From a bacterium (GTDB lineage Bacteria; Patescibacteriota; Saccharimonadia; Saccharimonadales; OMJO01): a stretch of DNA of 64,000 nt. The position numbers were made by a program, and so were the translations under genes. This document shows positions 10,901 through 17,113 of the stretch, one piece after another (positions within the stretch are counted from its first letter, which is position 1; every line of letters starts with the position of its first letter). Location: positions 623 through 64,622 of the forward strand of contig OMJO01000012.1 of assembly GCA_900299395.1 (NCBI GenBank), written 5' to 3'. The notes under the pieces were generated by a model. That model was not told the DNA's origin. It made no database searches and was given only the letters and a program-made list of their open reading frames with translations.

Positions 10901-12588
10901 CTACTGCTTGTTCCAACACAACCGTCAATGGTACAAATTACGGTACCACCTATCCTAAGCGCCGAACTTGCCTCAATATTGGCATCACCGTTGATGTCTA
11001 ACTTGTAGTTAGGGACTATCCCTATACCTATTCGATTGTTCACAGTATCCGCAGTGAACAAATTTGATGTTCCCGCAGCATCTTGAATCTGGAAGGCTGT
11101 TGTAGAGTTGGAAGAGTTTTGTGCCAAAACTGAACCCGTTGCACCCACAGCTAAAACGTTTGTCCCATTGGATACTTGTAGGTTCAAAAGGTTAGCGGTC
11201 TGCCCGACAGCACCACGTATGAGACCAGCAACGTATCCGGCGTTGGCACTCTGAATCGCAAAGTTGGCGTTCGACTGAACACCAGTTGAGTTCTGTATGT
11301 AAAACCCGCTGGACCCGCTGGCTGCACAACCAGAAGCAGTACAAATAACAGCCCCGCCGATACGCAAAGCACTAGTACCGACTATGTTCACATCGCCATT
11401 TACGTCCAGTTTGTACGATGGGTTCGAATACCCAATACCAATGCGCTGATTAGTGGTATCAACATTGAGCACCGACGTCCCTGATGCGTTTTGAACTTGG
11501 AATCCAGTCGTGGAGTTAGTCCCAGTTCGGAAGGCACTTACCCCGTTGCCACCGACCGTAAATAGCGCTGAGCCATTGTAGTCCTGTGCTTCAATCAAAC
11601 TACCTGTTTGTGCAAATTCACCTTGGATAACAATACCCTTATTGGTTGAAGTGTTCGTTGCTACCAGCAGTTGGGCAGCGTTATCCACTGTAGTTGGTAC
11701 ATTTATGGCAAGTTTATTGTCTGAGCTTGTGTTATTAATACCGATGTTGCCAGTGGCCGTGATGGTCATTCGAGCAGTGTTGTTGGTCAAGAAGTTGAGG
11801 CTATTGGCGTCTGTTGTGCCAAGGTTTGCTGCGGTTGCAAAGGCGTTGCCGCCTTGTAAAAAGGCATTGCCACTTCCGCTGGCACACGATGCAAAACTAA
11901 GAGTTCCGGCACCATCTGTCGTTAGACACTGGTTGGCACTCCCTGTGTTTGAAGGCAGCGTGAAGGTACTTGACCCGCCGTTGGCTCCTTGTAGAATTGT
12001 GCCGCCAATCTTCAAAACACTTGTCAATGTCATGCCAGTAAACTGTGGTGATGCAGTTTTTGACAAATCTTGTGGCAGCGCTAAAGCGTTGGCGCCAATC
12101 AGATTCAGAACATCCTGAGTTGAAAGTGTACTTCCTGTCGTGGCGACCGTCTGATAGCCCTCACCGTTATAAAATCGCAATTCTCGAGTGGCAGAATCGA
12201 CATACAGCTGACCTAAGATGGCGGTTGTGGGCTGGCCGGTTGGGTTGATTACCAACCCTTGGTTTGTCTCGAGCACCCCATTGATAACTACTTTATCGGT
12301 ATTGTCGACCTTTAGTGGCGTGGCCACATCGGACAAGCTTCCAAGATCGACGTCTTGTGATTTAGTTGTAGCACCACTCTTTCCAGAGGTAGACTTCTTT
12401 CCTACTACGCTGCGAAGCAGCAATAAACCGATGATAAGGCTGAGAATAAAGGCAACTACAATAATAACCCACTTCCAGGGGATACGCCTCCGAGGTGGTT
12501 TAACAGGGGCGGGCTGGGTGGTGGAAGTTTGTACCGTTGGTGGTGCGTCTAGCGCAACAAATTCGTTGCGCCACTGCTGTTCTTCCAT
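1909..12588 (-). CDS. giant (3,559 aa) membrane-anchored modular surface protein; candidate adhesin
   Basis: Uninterrupted 10,680-nt ORF. Short Pro/Arg-rich N-terminus and a single TM helix WKWVIIVVAFILSLIIGLLLL (aa 38-58). The rest is Thr/Ser/Gly/Asn/Ala-rich and built from the repeat arrays listed separately, plus three FN3-like modules (YKIYR / YKVYR / YKIYR strands). Confidence 0.85.
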   Translation of the reverse strand: MEEQQWRNEFVALDAPPTVQTSTTQPAPVKPPRRRIPWKWVIIVVAFILSLIIGLLLLRSVVGKKSTSGKSGATTKSQDVDLGSLSDVATPLKVDNTDKVVINGVLETNQGLVINPTGQPTTAILGQLYVDSATRELRFYNGEGYQTVATTGSTLSTQDVLNLIGANALALPQDLSKTASPQFTGMTLTSVLKIGGTILQGANGGSSTFTLPSNTGSANQCLTTDGAGTLSFASCASGSGNAFLQGGNAFATAANLGTTDANSLNFLTNNTARMTITATGNIGINNTSSDNKLAINVPTTVDNAAQLLVATNTSTNKGIVIQGEFAQTGSLIEAQDYNGSALFTVGGNGVSAFRTGTNSTTGFQVQNASGTSVLNVDTTNQRIGIGYSNPSYKLDVNGDVNIVGTSALRIGGAVICTASGCAASGSSGFYIQNSTGVQSNANFAIQSANAGYVAGLIRGAVGQTANLLNLQVSNGTNVLAVGATGSVLAQNSSNSTTAFQIQDAAGTSNLFTADTVNNRIGIGIVPNYKLDINGDANIEASSALRIGGTVICTIDGCVGTSSSANNFIQNTTGVQSNANFSIQSANATYVGGVIKGAVGQTADLLNLRNSAGANLFGVSATGALTLQNSSDSTSAFSVNDSAGTSHVLVVDTVNKRVGINQYPTGYALDVNGDVNLDNSGSLRINGNVVCSLSGCSASSGSGNYIQNGNGIQTNGNFAIQSANIGYVGGLIRGASGQTADIFQVQNSSASNMFRIGATGAVTSQNSADSSAAFNINNAGGTTIFNVDTQGGTTNATNLSGNAIVGTTSNSSSYGVIGTQYAGVGGGVKGVGGGGYGVLGQSASNASGFFQTTDTSNLNTVATLIAKAQTNQSTANVFEVQNSSGTSVLGVSATGAVLAKNSTDSTTAFQIQNAAGNNYLLVNTSGAAVSLGNTGIASTVQIGNTTGAVAQTINIGNNTTASSSTTVNIGSSIGTSQTTIKAGTSGVLIQPANGANGFQIQNSSGAQLFNLDTSNAVLTVNGAGYAETQAWATTQALLQTRYGSSTFVSGPYIYSVGGVSGSDDSIVSFATLQANGTIGTWSNTSASLSLYGSRAYYPGAASFGNYVYISGGFDDTSGTGPYTPSYSTKIGKLGSNGDITSWYTTSYRLNTAVAGGSVITAKGYIYILGGSTCASNSCATQTPAASTGTTVVQYAKIYPDGTIGSFTASSNTLPVGAGLVGGRAIYANGRIYYVGGLNTSGAAQTSIYYATVNDDGTIGSWSTNAVSLPAGRAYHGLAALSGNLYVFGGGSSATSGNNTVYYAPFNSNGSVGSASFTTSTNALTNSVSNFGYAAANGYMYVLGGYTSSAVSTTQYTSTARIKVGASLDLVGVSGQNMNDNGLGGSLTAGNTNIVGRFSVTGQSDFLQGVSIRNGMQVMGDVAFRAQTDNAGAFILQSASGANLIQLNTIDNSSQYGYNGVLQAAASPVVVQPTKGASYFQYQKFPTLSMNNGAFSQVFPNDGLPVVVAVATNGPSNWLVVTKCNKTDCSTTGSQIDTLSTSNIPTYTQVSTTGVVTATGGTNNGLPVIVFKDNSVTPNKLVAWNCGSYDCTAGNSFTVLASTTTPGGNMDMIMGPNQMPLIINISSTNNRPQLIRCTNNTGNNADTCRTSTSVQPWTSSEPELNNHSLTGQISVAITPSDQYPILVSAQNNTNGANGKDGLFISKCNDANCTSHTNTLISYYATLGGTYDLIKPVIMIGGDGLPIIGAVASNNQLFIVKCKVASCATYNTPKIAGPVGQVATSNLDGMIGGDQLPVFVYKDNTGAGGVGIYHCGSQSCDPATTGSLANTQTEFLSAKSNGGQQGTPIINNLGFPSIAFYAGTSTGSNDWMGVLNCVDYTCYAASTSSWSGGVSLGGNYPFANINVVQINSGQSGMHLYLDSSGKFTSNALSSDSSNNVSVQSPSSTAFTVIDTTTNNYVLSVDSANNAVNIGTRTSVTGYGLQSTYANLFRNSTNSTSQFAIQNSSSASLMNVDSTNNRINLFSALSAVTTPTPTATKPSQNATPTVTPTGTTGATSYSYIIEAVGTIGNSAASAAGTTATGNATLSSTNYNALSWTAFTPSSGSVLYYKIYRTVGGSTIGLVGTTTGTTFNDTGYTGNGASITAGGNLTASTTYYYKITAIDGTGGESAASTETSVATDTTLKTIDVSWSAVSGAVAYKVYRSTATGTEVYLTTVQTNSFTDVGSITAGSTSPPSSNSAYTSANNSNSALQLVIGGNGTPTGQLYVSGTTPSSAAATVATGSFPNAVAVQGRYAYVTNQTSATLQVIDVSSPSNPAVVGSVSTGTTPTAVSVADKYAYVINQTSNTLQVFDISKPSTPSLSGSVAVGTAPRGLAVQGRYAYVSSTTSNTLQVYDISNPASPIAVGVISTGTGSSPIGLNVAGRYAYVVNTGTSTMQIYDIATAASPSLLGTVTVGATPYRVAIQGRYAYVTNFTSSTMQVIDVSNPATPLVVGSVNTGTNPRGLTVQGRYAYVANATSNTITIYDVSNPANPTLLSGGTITTGSIPYAIVLNGRYAYVPSASANLLQIYDMGGTYTQSLEAGTAELGGLQVSGNTVFSGSASVQGGFDAAGSIQTAADLGVAGNAWVQGNLRANNLSVAGSLQGGLTIANLATPGTPTVTTVGTTGASTWGYKVVAVTASGATTAASSQGTTTSANGAATLTTANYQRITWSTVSGAVSYKIYRTAVATSPATTGLIGTTAATTFDDTGITGDGTVAPTADTSTAFQVQNASGTQILNVDTVNSKVVIGQAGTASSQLAFGTTGGGTITIAPTSTASNFTLTLPAETGTICTTAASANCVNAIGGGLSGSFLAKNPTSAETSTSSINGFQYQMTNSNTGTSAGVLNLQGTSTTAFQIQNAAGSTTLLVADTANNVIRPGFAPSQASTTNTFTNIDTTGTVGQYTKTAIGSDGLPIIVYTDVTNNAIKVAKCSNATCSSSTKTTIASGLTTPASNFLSGSIAVDPTGKPYVVYSTDSGNNNNDILYIVRCGNAACSSGNSSPVAIDSLHGKGYQDIAIGSDGLPVISYGYGGIDIIKCGNTACNSGNTTTLSVASGLEHAIKVDSSGLPFLSVYNSTNGDLLAVSCGTKTCASGNTTTTIDNSSSIIGKYNSVAIPSDDKPVISYYDAQNGNLRIAKCSNTTCTSATKTTLDSTGSVGYYTSVVVGTSGQPVISYYDLTNGDLKVYQCSNSTCTSGSAASIDTTNDVGQYTSIVLPSDGQPFISYYDNTSANLRTVKCSDASCSGAGTALSGVDLGNVSTQFRSVYFTTLNLNSGSSHLTLDEAGNLVSNGLTAASDNTVVVSADSSTAFVVQSTAGTALLSANTTTGALTLGTTTGTGTITIGQSTQNQTINIGTGAVASGKTLNINIGNAGLAGSTINVTIGSAAAGGALTVNSDATFNGTLKAAGHILSANASGTTTVALNANCGTGCTVTINGNDTAGLITINTGTTPAAGAQATVTFAVAYVSAPTIAITPNTVPASSNFPQYYYTSTTTTFDLNSYNALTASKTYTFSYHIVQR
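2721..3786 (-). repeat. coding repeat array B: 7 x ~50-aa units, each with a C-x4-C pair (predicted 7-bladed propeller)
   Basis: aa ~2935-3290. The units contain VAKCSNATC, IVRCGNAAC, IIKCGNTAC, AVSCGTKTC, IAKCSNTTC, VYQCSNSTC and TVKCSDASC. Each is preceded by DGLP/SGQP-[IV]ISYYD-like strands. Confidence 0.6.
4881..5736 (-). repeat. coding repeat array: 7 x ~41-aa LVIVD-type repeats (beta-propeller)
   Basis: aa ~2285-2570. Seven units of the form G[RK]YAYV.N..S.TLQV[IFY]D[IV]S.P..P..VG.V.TG..P..[LV]. This matches the LVIVD repeat signature. Confidence 0.65.
6936..8106 (-). repeat. coding repeat array A: 7 more divergent units with paired Cys (C-x4-10-C)
   Basis: aa ~1495-1885. The units contain VVTKCNKTDC, VAWNCGSYDC, LIRCTNNTGNNADTC, FISKCNDANC, FIVKCKVASC, IYHCGSQSC and VLNCVDYTC. 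They are interleaved with GLPV/GLPI strands. Confidence 0.55.
8511..9471 (-). repeat. coding repeat array: 6 Kelch-like blades
   Basis: aa ~1040-1360. Six units carry the double-Gly strand (YIYSVGG, YVYISGG, YIYILGG, RIYYVGG, NLYVFGG, YMYVLGG), each followed by a ...DGTIGSW...-type strand. Confidence 0.6.
10190..11511 (-). repeat. coding tandem repeat: ~3.2 copies of a ~137-aa (~411-nt) unit
   Basis: aa ~360-800. Unit: TTxFQ[VI]Q[ND]AxGTSxLxVDTxNxR[IV]GIG...YKLD[VI]NGD[VA]N...LRIGGxVICTxxGC...[FY]IQNxxGVQSNANF[AS]IQSAN..YV[AG]G[LV]I[RK]GAVGQTA[ND]LLNL. Copies start near aa 360, 496, 633 and 769 (the last is partial). Confidence 0.65.
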
Positions 12589-12700
12589 TTGATTTTTTGT
12601 ATGTATCTTGGTGCTTTTTTATTTTGGTCTGCACCTCTGGAAATTATACCTGCCTATATATGACAAGCACAACCAGTTTTCCACAGCTTTTGCACGTTTT

Positions 12701-13546
12701 TTACAGAAGTAGTATGACGTAGGCCAACGCGAGCCCCATGGCAGTGATTACGACAGACAATAATGAGGCTCGCAATAAACTATTCACGATGCTATCCCTC
12801 GATAATGGATTACGCCCAAGTGAGATGAAACTACCCTTGATAGAGCCGTTCAAAATCAGGCCCGCAAGGGCAAATGTACTGACCGCGATAACACTAGATG
12901 CTACTAATTTGAGGGGGCTCGTTGGTTTACCTGTTAGCTTTTGCCCTACTGTAGCGAGAATATTACTTTGGGCGGAGGCCTTTTTGTCACTTCGGTCATT
13001 GAGCAGTAACTTGGCGGTTATCCTTCCCACAACAACGCTCTTTTTAGACCCATCAGGCATAGATACTTCAACTTTCTTGGTATTTGTTGAGCTTTTAGTG
13101 AATTTTTCCCCTGCTGCTGCAACTACTTTTTTTGTTGAAGCCTCATCACTTATTTTGGTGGCAATTCCCGATAATGGGGAGATAACAAGTTGGTCACCTG
13201 GACTGATGTCACCATTTAAATCAGTCACCAGTAGTGAGGTATCACCACTGACAGCTACACGAATAATACTACCAGCAGGTTGAAGATCAATGAGCGCATC
13301 TTTGGCGGCAGCCGAAACTCCTATAAGGGATCCCTCGTTTTCGTACGTTGTCTTCTCAACAGTATCACTACTTCCTTTCGCCAAACTCACAATTGCCCCC
13401 GTGGGCATAGCAATATTTGTTTTAAAGCCCTGCGTTACTGCACCAGCAAACACAATCCCGTCAGCGGAAACAACTGCGAGAAACACAATAACAGATAGCA
13501 CGACAGATACTGTTCGTTTCAACGCCCTACTCTTGTACCTCCCCAT
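12701..13546 (-). CDS. membrane protein, unknown function (N-terminal anchor, extracytoplasmic domain, C-terminal helical hairpin)
   Basis: 281 aa. N-terminal TM segment VSVVLSVIVFLAVV and two C-terminal hydrophobic helices joined by SLGRNPLSRDS. I recognised no catalytic motif. Confidence 0.55.
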   Translation of the reverse strand: MGRYKSRALKRTVSVVLSVIVFLAVVSADGIVFAGAVTQGFKTNIAMPTGAIVSLAKGSSDTVEKTTYENEGSLIGVSAAAKDALIDLQPAGSIIRVAVSGDTSLLVTDLNGDISPGDQLVISPLSGIATKISDEASTKKVVAAAGEKFTKSSTNTKKVEVSMPDGSKKSVVVGRITAKLLLNDRSDKKASAQSNILATVGQKLTGKPTSPLKLVASSVIAVSTFALAGLILNGSIKGSFISLGRNPLSRDSIVNSLLRASLLSVVITAMGLALAYVILLL

Positions 13547-13595
13547 TAGATCAACATTCTTATGCTATTCTAACACCGTACTATCACTAGTAAAA

Positions 13596-13627
13596 GAAAA
13601 ACGGACCTCTCGGTCCGTTAGTTTTTT
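13596..13627. terminator. rho-independent terminator (bidirectional), downstream of rplU
   Basis: Stem aacggacc / ggtccgtt (13600-13607 / 13612-13619), loop tctc, flanked by an A-run and a T-run. Confidence 0.65.
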
Positions 13628-13642
13628 GAATGGCTATATCTG

Positions 13643-13951
13643 TTAACTGATCTTTTTGATAGTTATGTGGGCATGACGCTGGCGATGTCCACGGACTTTT
13701 CGAACACGTTTCTTTGACTTGTATCGGATTGCGGTGACCTTGTCTGCCTTAACGTCAGGTTCGTTCACATCAGCAGTCACAGTAGACCCGCTCACAGTTG
13801 GCGCTCCCACCGTAACCTTACCGTCTATGATGGTAAGAAGCGGCTCAAAGGAAACTGTCTTTTTGTCGTCTGCAAGTAGTTCAACAGCAATACTGTCGCC
13901 TTCTTGTACGACATATTGCTTTCCACCAGTTGTAATAACAGCTTTGTTCAT
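13643..13951 (-). CDS. rplU: 50S ribosomal protein L21
   Basis: 102 aa. MNKAVITTGGKQYVVQEGD...KVTAIRYKSKKRVRKVRGHRQ is typical of L21. Confidence 0.9.
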   Translation of the reverse strand: MNKAVITTGGKQYVVQEGDSIAVELLADDKKTVSFEPLLTIIDGKVTVGAPTVSGSTVTADVNEPDVKADKVTAIRYKSKKRVRKVRGHRQRHAHITIKKIS

Positions 13952-14020
13952 GGGTATGTATTTACACCTTCGATTTTGTTACCGACGAATTTTAACAGAG
14001 ATGATTGAATCTGTAAAGTG

Positions 14021-16900
14021 TTACTTTTCTGCTTTCTCAAGGCTAATGTCCAGCATCGAGCCATCGACTTTAGCACTTGTATTATATTTGTACTCACCTT
14101 TTGTATTGAGAGATACCGCGAGCGTTTCTTGCTTAATTTCTGTTTCAAATTTCACAACGACATTAGCCACTTTTTTGTCCGTTGTAGAAATTAACAGTTT
14201 AATTCTGTCGTCGACTTGCAGTTGAGCTTCCTTGCGAGCGTTTTGAACTAGTCTTACGATTTCACGCATTATTCCTTCTTCCCGCAATGTAGGAGTAATG
14301 TTTTTATCTAGCGAAACAGCGTCTCCCCACTCGACGTTTTTAACATTTAGCTCTTCTACGATTACCTCTTTGTACTCATCAGGTACCTTGGGAACTGTGG
14401 CGGTGGCAAGCGGTTGACGCACCTTAATGCCTGCTTTTGCTCTTTGAGCGAGTCCTTCAGTAATACTATCTCTGGTTTTTCGCATATCCTCTACAAGCAG
14501 CTCGTTAATGTGGCCAACCTCAGGCCAGTCGCGAAGGTGCACTGATTCTTCGCCCGTAAGCTTCATATAAAGCTCTTCAGCCATAAATGGAGCAAAAGGT
14601 GCTAAAACATGCGTTAGATTAACTAAAACGTAATGTAGGGCCTTATACGCGTTCTGCTTGTCCTTATTGTCGCCACTCTTCCAGAAGCGTCGACGTGAGC
14701 GGCGAACATACCAGTTACTTGCATCGTCAATAAAGGGGAGGATTGGCTTTATGGCATTCGGTAAGTCATATTTTTCCATGTGCTGTTCTACCTCTTGGAT
14801 TAACTGGTGAACCCTCGAAATAATCCAGATATCCAGTGGATTTTCAAAGGACCCACAGGGGTCATCCATGCTTCCATCCCACTCCCAGCCATCCACCTCT
14901 GCATACAGCGTAAAGAAGTCGTACATGTTCCATACCATGCTCAATTTTCTCTGAACATCTGCGACATCTTTGTCTACCAGAGAGAAATCCTCTCCATTCA
15001 AAACTGGCGAACTTAAAAGTAGGAACCGTAGCGCATCAGCAGAATACTGGTCCATGAGTTCGTTTGGATCGGTATAATTTCCAAAGCTTTTACTCATCTT
15101 CCTACCGTCGTTACCAGCCAAAGTTCCTGTAACAATGACATTGTTAAAGGAATTCTTGCCGAATAGACCCGTACTAACAGCGTGCAGATAATAAAACCAT
15201 GCCCTCACCTGTCCTACGTATTCGGCAATAAAGTCCCCTGGGAAATTTTCTTCAAACTTCTCAACATTCTCGAACGGGTAGTGGAACTGTGCGAATGGCA
15301 TGCTGCCACTTTCAAACCAACAATCCAACACCTTATCAATGCGCTTGTATGTTACGCCATCCATAGTGAAGGTTACATCGTCTACCCATGGTCGGTGATA
15401 GTCTTCAAGCTCCACCCCCGACAACTCTTTGAGTTCGGCGTAGCTACCCACAACTTTAATGTGCTCCGTGCCTTCCTGATCAACACCTTTCCAGACGGGC
15501 ATAGCCGTTGCCCAAAAGCGATCGCGGCTAAGATTCCAGTCGGGGGCAGACTGAACTGTTTTAGCAAACCTACCCTGCTTTATATGTGGTGGGAACCAAT
15601 TAATATCACTGTTCTGCTCCAGCATTTCTTGACGCTGACCTTCAATATCCATAAACCAGCTAGGATGTGCGCGGTAAATCAGCTTCGTGCCACAACGGTG
15701 ACAGTGAGGATAGCTGTGCCGATAGTAGTGTATACGCCAGACCTTCCCCTGCACTAACAGGGTTTTGGCTATTTCCTTATCGACGTCCCAGACTTGCTTT
15801 CCCTTCCAATCACTTTCTGTCAGTATACCGCTGTCATCGATAACAGACACAACGGGGAATTTCTCTTGCTTCGCCAATTGATAGTCTTCTTCACCATAAG
15901 CAGGCGCTTGAGAAACAATGCCCGTGCCTTCTTCCAGGCTTACAAAATCAGCATGATGGACACGGTGAGCACCTTTACCCCAATCTTTGTAAAATGGTTC
16001 GTACTTTTTGCCTACGAGTTCGGCGCCTTTAAATTCTCGAACTGTTTCATATTCGACAGGTTGATTCTTTTCATTGCGTAAAGCGCTCTCTAGTAGTTCT
16101 TTTGCGACAATCAAGTGTTCATCATCTGCAGTAACCTCTACGTAGGTGGCGTCCTTATCGACAGCTAGGCCAGTGTTAGCCAGCAGCGTCCATGGAACAG
16201 TGGTCCAAACGAGAAGAAAACTATTTGTGCCTGTTAGCCGAAACTTGGCATAGACTGAAGGGTCAGTATCTTCTTGATAGCTGTTATCCATGGCCACTTC
16301 TGCCTTACTAATAGGAGTGGCGTCTCGCACACAATACATGAGGACTTTCTCACCCTCATAGATCTTGCCCGCATCGTAGAGCTGCTTAAAGGCCCACCAG
16401 ACACTTTCCATGTAGTCTTTATCCATGGTTTTATAGGCACCCTTGAAGTCAACCCATCGACCAATCCGGTCAATAGTGTCTTCCCATTCGCTACCTGTCT
16501 GAACCATGTTGGCACGGCAGGTGGTAATGTACTCCTTGAGACTTATCTTGGTACCAATGTCGCGCTTATCATGAATGCCCAGCTTCTTTTCGGTAAATAC
16601 CTCTGCAGGTAATCCGTGACAGTCCCAGCCCCATACCCGCTCAACCCGCTTACCCTTCATGGCCCAAAAACGAGGAACCGCATCCTTAACAATGCTACTC
16701 AGTAAAGTCCCATGGTGTGGTACACCCGTTATAAACGGTGGACCATCGTAAAAAACATATGCGTTCTTCTTTGGTCGATTCTCGACCGATTTTTCAAACG
16801 TCTTGTGTTCTTTCCAATAGCGAACGAGGTCTTTCTCATATTCGAGAGCTGACCGACGTGTTCCTGATTTGTACTTCATTGGGTGTCTCCTTTGTTGCAA
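14021..16900 (-). CDS. ileS: isoleucyl-tRNA synthetase (type 2 / eukaryote-like form)
   Basis: 959 aa. The HIGH-region variant PPFITGVPHHGTLL, WDCHGLPAE and KMSKS (GRKMSKSFGNY). The upstream T-box leader carries an AUC specifier candidate. Confidence 0.9.
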   Translation of the reverse strand: MQQRRHPMKYKSGTRRSALEYEKDLVRYWKEHKTFEKSVENRPKKNAYVFYDGPPFITGVPHHGTLLSSIVKDAVPRFWAMKGKRVERVWGWDCHGLPAEVFTEKKLGIHDKRDIGTKISLKEYITTCRANMVQTGSEWEDTIDRIGRWVDFKGAYKTMDKDYMESVWWAFKQLYDAGKIYEGEKVLMYCVRDATPISKAEVAMDNSYQEDTDPSVYAKFRLTGTNSFLLVWTTVPWTLLANTGLAVDKDATYVEVTADDEHLIVAKELLESALRNEKNQPVEYETVREFKGAELVGKKYEPFYKDWGKGAHRVHHADFVSLEEGTGIVSQAPAYGEEDYQLAKQEKFPVVSVIDDSGILTESDWKGKQVWDVDKEIAKTLLVQGKVWRIHYYRHSYPHCHRCGTKLIYRAHPSWFMDIEGQRQEMLEQNSDINWFPPHIKQGRFAKTVQSAPDWNLSRDRFWATAMPVWKGVDQEGTEHIKVVGSYAELKELSGVELEDYHRPWVDDVTFTMDGVTYKRIDKVLDCWFESGSMPFAQFHYPFENVEKFEENFPGDFIAEYVGQVRAWFYYLHAVSTGLFGKNSFNNVIVTGTLAGNDGRKMSKSFGNYTDPNELMDQYSADALRFLLLSSPVLNGEDFSLVDKDVADVQRKLSMVWNMYDFFTLYAEVDGWEWDGSMDDPCGSFENPLDIWIISRVHQLIQEVEQHMEKYDLPNAIKPILPFIDDASNWYVRRSRRRFWKSGDNKDKQNAYKALHYVLVNLTHVLAPFAPFMAEELYMKLTGEESVHLRDWPEVGHINELLVEDMRKTRDSITEGLAQRAKAGIKVRQPLATATVPKVPDEYKEVIVEELNVKNVEWGDAVSLDKNITPTLREEGIMREIVRLVQNARKEAQLQVDDRIKLLISTTDKKVANVVVKFETEIKQETLAVSLNTKGEYKYNTSAKVDGSMLDISLEKAEK

Positions 16901-17075
16901 TAAAAATAGCCCCTGCTGACGCAGGAGCTCTGAGAATCAGGGCGGTACCATCCTGCTTGGGACTTAATTTGTGGGTGATAACGGACCCTGCCGGCGAGAT
17001 CTACTCTCTATTACTAGATTTCTGCTCACTCCTCACGGTTGATAGCCGCTCAAACGGATTTCCCAAATTGTTACT
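16901..17075 (-). promoter_or_regulatory. T-box leader (tRNA-sensing transcription attenuator) of ileS
   Basis: On the minus strand: AGTA..AGAGAG (AG box), CCGTTA (F box) and the T-box core GGATGGTACCGCC (rc of 16940-16953). Then a 9-bp terminator stem agctcctgc/gcaggggct followed by attttta (16901-16929). AUC-A specifier candidate at rc of 17041-17043. Confidence 0.75.
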
Positions 17076-17080
17076 CACTC

Positions 17081-17109
17081 ATTGTAGTCTATCGTCGTGA
17101 ATCTCGCAA
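17081..17109 (-). promoter_or_regulatory. candidate sigma70-type promoter for the T-box/ileS transcript
   Basis: Minus strand TTGCGA (17104-17109), 17-nt spacer, TACAAT (17081-17086). Confidence 0.5.
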
Positions 17110-17113
17110 CGAG

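Noticed and set aside
10190-11511. Periodic repeats considered as a possible CRISPR array or satellite.
   Set aside because: The period is ~411 nt, the copies are divergent and in frame within a CDS, and there is no short direct repeat/spacer architecture. No CRISPR array is present anywhere in the window.
2057-12592. About 30 plus-strand ORFs (60-181 aa) and several minus-strand out-of-frame ORFs overlapping the giant gene.
   Set aside because: They lie antisense or out of frame within one continuous 10.7-kb ORF. Their translations are low-complexity (V/P/A/L-rich mirrors of T/S/G/N codons), with no start-site context and no motifs.
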